Below are positions 1 through 11,884 of a stretch of DNA of 20,487 nt, piece by piece; within the stretch, counting starts at the first letter, position 1, and each line of letters starts with the position of its first letter. The notes beneath the pieces are model-generated. The model did not search any database, had not been told where the DNA came from, and saw only the letters and a list, made by a program, of their open reading frames with translations. The DNA is taken from NCBI GenBank assembly GCA_964016885.1, contig CAXHJY010001501.1:1-20487 (forward strand), read 5' to 3'. Origin of the DNA: Eledone cirrhosa (lineage: Eukaryota). The translations under genes were made by a program, and so were the position numbers.

Positions 1-60
1 GGAAACAGTTGTAAGCATAAAAATGTTTTGAACAGTTCTTTGATTCTTATAATTCATATA
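1..60 (+). mobile_element. 3' end of a Penelope-like pseudo-LTR (diverged subfamily) with the 3' part of an HHR, cut by the window edge
   Basis: Exact reverse complement of 141-200. Homologous to 11619-11678 (GGAAACAG.TGTAAGCA...TTCATATA). Ends in a TA tract. Confidence 0.85.
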
Positions 61-140
61 TATATACATATATGTATATATATATATTTATATATTTACA
101 CATATATATACATATATGTATATACATATATGTATATATA
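61..140. repeat. (TA)n microsatellite with TACA/TATG variants
   Basis: Direct reading. Confidence 0.9.
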
Positions 141-661
141 TATATGAATTATAAGAATCAAAGAACTGTTCAAAACATTTTTATGCTTACAACTGTTTCC
201 TCCAACCGAGGTTTGGATTCTTCGGAGCAATTTATTATTGAATTAACACTTATATGACCTCCTTTTCACCCAAGAAACATACAGATACATATGCAAATAT
301 TGTGGGTCAACATTCATTACAGCATTTAGAGTGGCAGTACACACTTAGAGATTATATTCATATTAAAAGATACAATCAAAAATACAGGTTAAAATACAAC
401 ATGAAAATAAGCGGTTATATAGTGCAAAGGTTATATGTGTGACAAGCACGTGCGTATTGTTTATATAGTGTGACAGAGAGTTGCGTGTAGTAGAAGCACT
501 TAAGCAGGTAAACAAGAGTGTTAGGTTGGTTGATCTGGTGACAAATTCTTTATATGATTGTTAAAGTCTGTGTGTGGAGAAATAATATAAGCATTAAAAA
601 TATTTAAAATATTGGAAATGCGCAACGAAGCCATGATATGGACTTCATGTACTTCGACATT

Positions 662-663
<2 letters not shown>
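141..663 (-). mobile_element. Truncated, diverged copy of the PLE pseudo-LTR
   Basis: Reverse complement aligns colinearly with ~11114-11678 (shared blocks GAAGTACATGAA, TTTCTCCACACACAGACT, CCAACCTAACACTCTT, GTGTGTACTGCCACTCTAAAT and the HHR). Flanked by TA arrays. Confidence 0.9.
184..229 (-). ncRNA. Minimal type I hammerhead ribozyme (CCGAAGA core variant)
   Basis: Minus strand reads TGCT-CCGAAGA-ATCCAAACCTCGGTTGGAG-GAAAC-AGTT-GTA-AGCA. Stem I is TGCT/AGCA, with a GUA cleavage triplet. Confidence 0.7.
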
Positions 664-1496
<833 letters not shown>

Positions 1497-1501
<5 letters not shown>

Positions 1502-1640
1502 ATATTAAGTAAATGGAAACTATATTTATAAAACCATATTTATTTTATTATATAAAGTTCAAGAGCAACCAAGACAACATTGGTACGCCTTCATCAGATA
1601 AAATACAAAGTTTGTTGTATAAATAGAGACGTACCTTATC
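1497..1640 (-). mobile_element. 3'-end remnant of a second HHR-bearing (probably Penelope-like) family
   Basis: Reverse complement matches 18964-19109 (CTGATGAAGGC.TACCA...AAATAAATATGGTTTTATAAATATAGTTTCCATTT). Both copies end in TA arrays. Confidence 0.7.
1541..1605 (-). ncRNA. Degenerate type I hammerhead ribozyme
   Basis: TATTTTAT-CTGATGA-stem II-GAAC(not GAAA)-TTTAT-ATA-ATAAAATA. Stem I is a perfect 8 bp but the core is mutated. Confidence 0.55.
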
Positions 1641-1903
1641 GGTTGGAAATTCATTGGATAGTGGAAATATATTAGGGATTATTCAAACTTATGTGTGAAT
1701 ATGCAAATGAATATGTAAATAATTGAAAAACAACCGTTTATTTAAACGACTATGGAGAAAGAGAGAGAGAAGATATAAGGGGAGAAAGATTAAAAAAATA
1801 GTACGAGAGAGAGAGACAAGAAATAAACAAGAGAGGATGAATAAAATTCATATACCGTTAATTTGGGGGAAATATATTCTAATATTATATATATATATAT
1901 ATT

Positions 1904-2032
1904 TATTTATTAAAATAGCAGATTAAAGATTAAGCAAAGAATCGCTGATTTTACCCTTAACGGGATATTCACCCGTTAAGGGTGAAAGCAGCGATTCTTT
2001 GCTTAAACTTTAATCTGTTATTTTAATAAATA
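1904..2032. repeat. Fold-back inverted repeat with ~61-bp arms, probably a retroelement end
   Basis: Arms 1904-1964 and 1972-2032 around a 7-nt loop. A single-arm copy lies at ~17620-17690. Confidence 0.85.
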
Positions 2033-2140
2033 TTTGCTCTACGGTTCTTATATATTTGATATATATTTATCCTTATCGAGCCCTCTTTGGATTTTAGTCT
2101 TCAAATTTATTATTATTACTATATATATATATATATATAT

Positions 2141-2507
2141 AACGAAGGAAATGTGGTAAGGAACCAGGTGGACCATAACGCACCAAAGTACTCAATACTT
2201 GAGGTAGTAGAGTGGGTAATAGGAACCAGTAAGACCCCGACAGCTGAGCTCAAGCCGTTTCGACGGCTAATTCTGGACTAAATGAAAATTTATCCTGGTA
2301 TTTAAATAGCCGATCTTCTCAAGGGGTAATTCCATATATGGTCAAAGTGATTGTCAAAAATCGGTAGTAATTCTGTGGTTGCAAATTAGTAGGGGAGATG
2401 GTGGCTAAACCTGCCAGTAGGAGAAAGAGGGGAGGGGTGGAGTAGACCCAATCAAGCGTTGGTAGTGCCAGCTACAGCTGGGCATGAGGTCAAAGAAGAT
2501 ACAGAAG
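2141..2507 (-). mobile_element. Remnant of a third HHR-bearing family between TA tracts
   Basis: Complex sequence bounded by TA arrays, containing the HHR at 2234-2327. Its GTACTCAATA motif recurs at TA-adjacent fragments near 3998 and 18877. Boundaries are approximate. Confidence 0.55.
2234..2327 (-). ncRNA. Type I hammerhead ribozyme with U3-A8 covariant core
   Basis: Minus strand: ACCCC-TTGAGAA-GATCGGCTA...TAGCCGTC-GAAA-CGGCT-TGAGCTC-AGCTG-TC-GGGGT. All three stems pair, with a GUC cleavage site. Confidence 0.75.
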
Positions 2508-3116
<609 letters not shown>

Positions 3117-3543
3117 GTAAAAATTATTTGAGAAATTAAAAGCATTTAAAGTAAAAACAAACATTAAAAAAATAAGAAAGGGGGAAAAAATTGTAATATT
3201 TTCTCGTTGCAAAGGATAAAGGGAGAAACTTAAAGGATTATGGCATACAATAATATTTCTGTAACATTCTGTAGAAGTATTAAATGTTTTGAATTCATTT
3301 TTCCAGGATAAATTTCTGTGATAGGCTTTTTGATTTTTAATTTTTAAAAAGAAAAATTGTATATATTAAACTAAGGGTTGAAATATACAGCTGTCTGAGG
3401 CTAAATTGATAAGTGACATGTCTTATTTAGGCGCATCTTAACCTCAGCTTCCATACCTGAGCTCAGATATATATACTTACTTATATATATATATATTATT
3501 CAAAATATTAATAAATGAAAAATTTTCTCATAACCAAAATATA

Positions 3544-3606
3544 TATTTTATTATACATATTTCAAAGGTACAATGGTGTTTCAGTACGTTTTCATCAGAT
3601 AAAATA
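3544..3606 (-). ncRNA. Minimal type I hammerhead ribozyme
   Basis: Minus strand: TATTTTAT-CTGATGA-AAACGTAC...GTACCTTT-GAAA-TATGT-ATA-ATAAAATA. Confidence 0.75.
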
Positions 3607-3720
3607 TATGAGAGATTGGATATGCGACATACCGCTAAGGCTTTGATTATTCAATTTCTGACTACCACTACAGAAATTGAATAATCAAAACCGTAGCGGT
3701 ATGTCGCATATCAAATCTTA

Positions 3721-3783
3721 TATTTTATCTGATGAAAACGTACTGAATCACCATTGTACCTTTGAAATATGTATAATAAAATA
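3721..3783 (+). ncRNA. Minimal type I hammerhead ribozyme
   Basis: TATTTTAT(3721)-CTGATGA(3729)-AAACGTAC/GTACCTTT stem II-GAAA(3764)-short stem III-ATA(3773-3775)-ATAAAATA. Stem I is a perfect 8 bp. Confidence 0.8.
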
Positions 3784-4071
3784 TTATTTTGGTTATGAGA
3801 ATATTTCTCATTTATTAATATTTTGAATAATATTAAATACTCCAGAAAAAGTTTGTCGAGTGCTTCTAATCTATTGTAAAAGTGTATTCGTTGAATAATC
3901 AACGAACCATATAAATTTTTGTTATATATATATATATATATATATGTTTACCCGGGTTAAATCGGGGCGGGGGGGGGGGGTAACCACAGTAAGTAAGGTA
4001 CTCAATACATAGCAGAGTATAAATATTCAATATAGAAATGGCTTCTAGAAAAGCCATTTCTATAACATAAA

Positions 4072-4118
4072 TATATATTTATTTATATATATATAGATAG
4101 ATAGATATATATACCATA

Positions 4119-4194
<76 letters not shown>

Positions 4195-4195
4195 C

Positions 4196-4261
<66 letters not shown>
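4072..4261. repeat. Compound (TA)n/(TAGA)n/(TACATA)n microsatellite
   Basis: Direct reading. Confidence 0.9.
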
Positions 4262-4263
<2 letters not shown>

Positions 4264-4302
4264 GAGGATTCTTTACGGACACGTAGCCATCCCATTTTAT
4301 TT

Positions 4303-4575
4303 TTAGTTCATTTTTATTATTATTTCTGCTTTATGTACAGTAATAATCTCAGTATCTTTCCCCAAGTTCCGAAGATCTGCTCCATAATATTTTTCTATGT
4401 TACTTGTATTTCTCTGCACCAAATCAATAACTTTCTTACCATCGATTGATCCAGAAACATTATTTGGAGTAGTGAAACAATTGTAAACTGACATTACTAT
4501 CCCCTTTCTATATTAAACTGCACTTAATGTTGATACTCTGTGACTAATGTCTTCTATGTGAATTTGTGGTCTTGA
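4303..4575 (-). pseudogene. Possible degenerate coding fragment, loosely like a LINE AP-endonuclease
   Basis: One frame reads [38 protein letters not shown]... with a single stop. The similarity is by eye only and weak. Confidence 0.2.
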
Positions 4576-4591
4576 TTTACTTAACTACTAA

Positions 4592-5275
<684 letters not shown>

Positions 5276-5635
5276 TCACACATACACACATATATATACA
5301 TATTATATATAAAAATATATCACATATCGTGTACATAGACATGTATATATATATATATCAAATATACGCACATATATATATATATACATGCCATATATAC
5401 ACATATATCTACACATGTCATATATATACACATATGTCATATATATATATATATCACACATACACACATATATATACATATTATATATAAAAATATATCA
5501 CATATCGTGTACATAGACATGTATATATATATATCAAATATACGCACATATATCTATATATACATGCCATATATACACATATATCTACACATGTCATATA
5601 TATACACACATGTCATATATATACACATATGTCAT
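5276..5635 (+). repeat. Two tandem copies of a 178-bp low-complexity unit
   Basis: Units start at 5276 and 5454 (TCACACATACACAC...CACATATCGTGTACATAGACATG...CATGCC...CATGTCATA). A third copy is at 16077-16219. Confidence 0.9.
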
Positions 5636-5658
5636 ATATATATATATATATATATATG

Positions 5659-5700
<42 letters not shown>

Positions 5701-6002
5701 CACAGACGTTATATTATAAACAGATCTACATATCTATATTAGACAGTGTCTCATACATGGCAGAAAGAAGCTCTGTTGTCTCCGGATGGAATAAGTCACT
5801 TAATGAGACACTCAATGAAGTTTCAGAAAATTGTTGGTCGTTAATGATAAATTAATGATAAATTAATGAATAATTAAAGAAATCCTACGATCAATAATTA
5901 AGTTACGGCCATGAATTTGTGTAACCTATACTACCTGCAGCGTTGAATCTTTAGCAACGTATTGACATTTTCATTAAACAGATTTTTAACTAGGAAATTA
6001 GG

Positions 6003-8012
<2,010 letters not shown>

Positions 8013-8349
8013 AACGGAAAAAATGAAACGAAATTTCATTTCCCACTCTTAGTACGGCTGTTACTTATATATAAGTATGTACACGTACATACATATATGT
8101 ATACAAACGTACAGTAGTGTGTATATATATATACATACATGCACACATATATATATGCACATATGGATTCACTGACATTTATTATAATGCTCGGTGTGTT
8201 TGTAAAAAAAAAAACATCCCGTATTAAGCCGTAGTGTCCAGCAACCATCGTTGCTCGTTTGTTCAACACTGATAAAGGAACGCTGTACTAGTTTCAAGCT
8301 TATTAGCTATCGTCAGCAACGTATACCTTCCTGCCAGATATTGAACGAT

Positions 8350-8352
<3 letters not shown>

Positions 8353-8395
<43 letters not shown>

Positions 8396-8573
8396 TTATA
8401 TATTTATATATGCATATTTTTTTTTTTTTTTATGTATATATATATATGTATATTCATATATATGGATATATATATATATTTTTAATGTATATATATATAT
8501 ATATTTATATGTATATATTTATATATATGTGTGTGTGTGTGTATGTATATAAATATGTATGTGTATATGTATG

Positions 8574-8628
<55 letters not shown>

Positions 8629-8692
8629 CGTATATATATGTATCTATGTATCTATGTATAAATATATCTGTATATATATATGTGTGTATATA
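8353..8692. repeat. Mixed TA/TG/poly-T low-complexity tract
   Basis: Direct reading. Confidence 0.85.
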
Positions 8693-8726
8693 ATCACCCT
8701 ATCAACGTTTCAGTCCAACCTCGTGT

Positions 8727-8836
8727 ATACATACATACATACATCCATACATAAATCCATACATACATACATACATACATACATACATACATACATACAT
8801 ACATACATACATACATACATACATACATACATACAT
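8727..8836. repeat. (CATA)n microsatellite, 5' flank of the RLE element
   Basis: Direct reading. Confidence 0.95.
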
Positions 8837-10553
8837 GCTTGTCAGTACTACTCTTCGTTCTCTCACTGAATCCACTATCTTACCTGCTCAGGAAACAAGG
8901 TTGACAAAGAAGTGGGCCCAGAAGTATCTCCCATCTTTTCTTTGTTGATGACCTGAAGTTGTATGGGCCAAATATCAATGACATCAAGAAACAATTGGAC
9001 CTCATTACACAATTTTCAACCGACATCAAAATGAAATTTGGTGAGTCCAAGTGTGCATATTTGGCAGTAAAACGTGGAAGAGCTGTGCCCTCCTCTAGAA
9101 ATCTAGATATGAACGGCCTGACAATACAACCTCTGCAGTCAGGTGACAACTACAGATATCTTGGACAGGATGAGAATGTCAGATATGATGGACCCATAAA
9201 TAAGGAGAGAACCAGAACTGAATACCTCAGAAGAGTAAAAAAAATATGGTCATCAGAACTGTCAGCATACAACAAATAAATTGCCCACAATACCTATGCT
9301 GTGCCAATTCTAACGCCAACATTTGGCCTACTGAACTGGTCATTGCAAGAACTAAGTGAGATGGATGTTAGAACTCGAAACTTCTCAGTGTTACTGGGAA
9401 CTTTAACATCAATGGTGATGTGGATAGGCTATACTTCTCACGCAAGGAAGGTGGCCGGGGTCTAAAATCAATATTAACAACATATGAGACCCGGATAGTA
9501 ACATTGAAGCAACACCTTCAACAGAGGAAAAAGGTTGGCGACCATCTTGCTCAGGTTTATGAGCATGAAAAAAGAAATATCATTAGAATAGCGACTGATC
9601 TGGAGGAGAGATATGGAATAAAGCCTGATATAAATCTCTCACCCAGAGAAATCGGAAGATCCTATTCAATGTTCAAACAAGAAAAAAAAATTGACCAATT
9701 TACAGAGAAAGTTGTGCATGGATACTTGAGGCGTAAAACACAGACCATAGAGGGGATAAACCACTCAAAAAGCCTGGCATGGAGTTCCGACAAGTTTATG
9801 ACATCACACCTTGAGGGATATCTCTATGCAATACAGGAACAAGAACTCCCTACCAAATATCTGCTGCACAAAAGAGGAGGGCCAGCAGCTGACAATAAAT
9901 GTAGGCTATGTAAAACAAAGATCGAGGATGTAAGCCACATTGTTGCCAGCTGCGAAAGAATGTCATCTCGCTACTACCTCCCCATGAGACACGATGGGAT
10001 AGCTAGAACTATCTGGAACGCACTTCGGAAAACAAAATTAACAACAAACGAGGAAGAATATATTGAGACAGATGGCACTAAGGAATACTGGTGGAACCTG
10101 AAAATAAAAACTGCCACCAAATTAAAGCACAACCGGCCTGATATTGTAGTTTGGGACCACACATTGAAAACGTGTTCTGTTGTGGAGATCAGCTGCCCAC
10201 TTGATGTAAACGTTGTCAGAAAAATACAGGAGAAGGAGGACATCTACGGACCATTGATGAGGAGCTTACAAATCCAGTATCCAAGATACACCTTTAGCTT
10301 CATACCCATCATTATTGGTGCTACGGGTTATATACCAACCCGCTTGGACCAAAGTATGACCGAACTTGGATTTGCGGACAAAAAGCGCAGCTCCCTAATT
10401 CATAGTCTACAAATGGCTGCGATAGCTGGCACCTTCAAAATATGCAAAACATTCTTGCGATTCAAGGGATGACAATTTCTTTTCTTTTACAACCTTGCCA
10501 CCAGGAAGCTGGCCGGTCAAAAAAATATACTCGAAATTAAGAGAAAGAGAAAA
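8837..10553 (+). mobile_element. 5'-truncated non-LTR retrotransposon with restriction-like endonuclease (R4/Dong-like)
   Basis: Starts mid-RT. A short 3' UTR (10473-10553) runs directly into (CATA)n. Protein motifs are listed under the pseudogene entry. Confidence 0.88.
8839..10472 (+). pseudogene. Disrupted RT / CCHC zinc knuckle / RLE endonuclease ORF
   Basis: Motifs LSVLLFVLSLNPLS, SHLFFVDDLKLY, FGESKC, YRYLG, RLYFSRKEGGRGL, AIQEQ, CRLC..HIVASC, RHD, RPDIVV, VEISCP, K..IY. Stops at 8902 (TGA) and 9277 (TAA), and a frameshift near 9379 (DVRTR / KLLSVTG). Confidence 0.9.
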
Positions 10554-10615
10554 CATACATACATACATACATACATACATACATACATACATACATACAT
10601 ACATACATACATACA

Positions 10616-10648
<33 letters not shown>

Positions 10649-10668
10649 GTGTATATATATATATATAT
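10554..10668. repeat. (CATA)n followed by (TA)n
   Basis: Direct reading. Separates the RLE element from the PLE. Confidence 0.95.
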
Positions 10669-10679
10669 GAAATATGAAA

Positions 10680-10874
10680 TATATGAAATATAAGAATCAA
10701 AGAACTGTTCAAAACATTATTGTGCTTACAGCTGTTTCCTCCAAACCGAGGTTTGGATTCTTCGGAGCAATTTATTAATGCATGGACAGTTATATGACCT
10801 CCTTTTCAGCCGAGAGACATACCAATACATATTCAAACATTGGTACATATTCAAACATTGTGGGTCAACATTCA
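10680..10874 (-). repeat. 195-bp inverted copy of a pLTR segment
   Basis: Reverse complement of 11484-11678 (and of 15680-15874). Confidence 0.93.
10723..10769 (-). ncRNA. Hammerhead ribozyme (inverted copy)
   Basis: Reverse complement of 11589-11635. Confidence 0.75.
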
Positions 10875-11842
10875 GAATTTAGGGTCTATATTGGGACACA
10901 TTTTAATGGCTAGATATGGAAACCCCAGAGTTACCTCCCCGCATGCATTAACTCCCCTTAGCCACACACACACTTCCGGTATTCAATGGCGTTTCTCGAA
11001 ACGTAACAACCTCCTGTATCGAACTAAAGAACACCAGACTACGATCTCTAACTGGATTGTCGTGGATTATGTGAAAGGCATATAATCGAAATATACACTC
11101 CCTTGACCATGAAAATGCCGAAGTACATGAATTACTTGACATCCCTGCGCTGTACATCTCCAATACTTATAACACTTTTAATGATTGCACTATCTTTAAT
11201 GCTTATAATATTTCTCCACACACAGACTACATCAATCATATAAAGACTTTGCCACCAGATCTACCAACCTAACACTCTTATTTACCTACCTAAGTGCCTC
11301 TACCACACATATCTCTCTGCCACACTATATAAACAAGACGCACATGCGTGCCACACATATAACATTTGCACTATATAACCACTTATCTTCATGTTGTACT
11401 TTAACCTATATCTTTGATTTTTGATTGTACCTATTAATATAAATGTAATCTCGAAGTGTGTACTGCCACTCTAAATTCTGTAATGAATGTTGACCCACAA
11501 TGTTTGAATATGTACCAATGTTTGAATATGTATTGGTATGTCTCTCGGCTGAAAAGGAGGTCATATAACTGTCCATGCATTAATAAATTGCTCCGAAGAA
11601 TCCAAACCTCGGTTTGGAGGAAACAGCTGTAAGCACAATAATGTTTTGAACAGTTCTTTGATTCTTATATTTCATATAACTGCTCTGTAAATCATCTGAT
11701 GTTTTTACATTGAGCTACTTAACTTACTGGTAATAAGGTAGTAATACATTACTGCCTACCACTATTTAGGGTGTGTGTAAAATACTTACAACTGCTTAAG
11801 GTTTTGTGTTTACATAACCATAAATAGTATAACTAATACTAT
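10874..11842 (+). repeat. 5' pseudo-LTR (969 bp)
   Basis: Matches 15070-16038 at a constant offset of 4196 at start, middle and end. No mismatch seen by eye. Confidence 0.95.
11589..11635 (+). ncRNA. Minimal type I hammerhead ribozyme (CCGAAGA core)
   Basis: TGCT-CCGAAGA-A-TCCAAAC-CTCG-GTTTGGA-G-GAAA-CAGCTG-TA-AGCA. Stem III is palindromic (ACAGCTGT). Predicted cleavage after GUA at 11631. Confidence 0.78.
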
Positions 11843-11884
11843 TAACTGCTCCATATCGTTGAGCTGACATATAATATTGCCAAT

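Larger units (their letters stand above)
3493..3833. mobile_element. Fold-back element: ~165-bp inverted arms, each carrying an outward-pointing HHR
   Basis: Arms 3493-3660 and 3671-3833 are near-perfect reverse complements around a 10-nt loop. Confidence 0.85.

Noticed and set aside
4031-4064. 14-bp-arm hairpin TATAGAAATGGCTT/AAGCCATTTCTATA
   Set aside because: Resembles a terminator, but the context is eukaryotic. Most likely a decayed retroelement end.
10840-11163. Short ORFs in the pLTR and their duplicates at 15087-15359
   Set aside because: No recognisable motifs. The recurrence is explained by the direct repeat, and one ORF spans the inversion junction.
11075-11272. Open frame ...NAEVHELLDIPALYISN...PDLPT, also open with the same stop in the diverged copy
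   Set aside because: No start codon, and substitutions between the copies fall mostly at codon positions 1-2, so there is no coding signature.
11680-11884. Possible retained intron in the PLE leader
   Set aside because: Penelope elements can retain introns, but no convincing donor/acceptor pair is visible.
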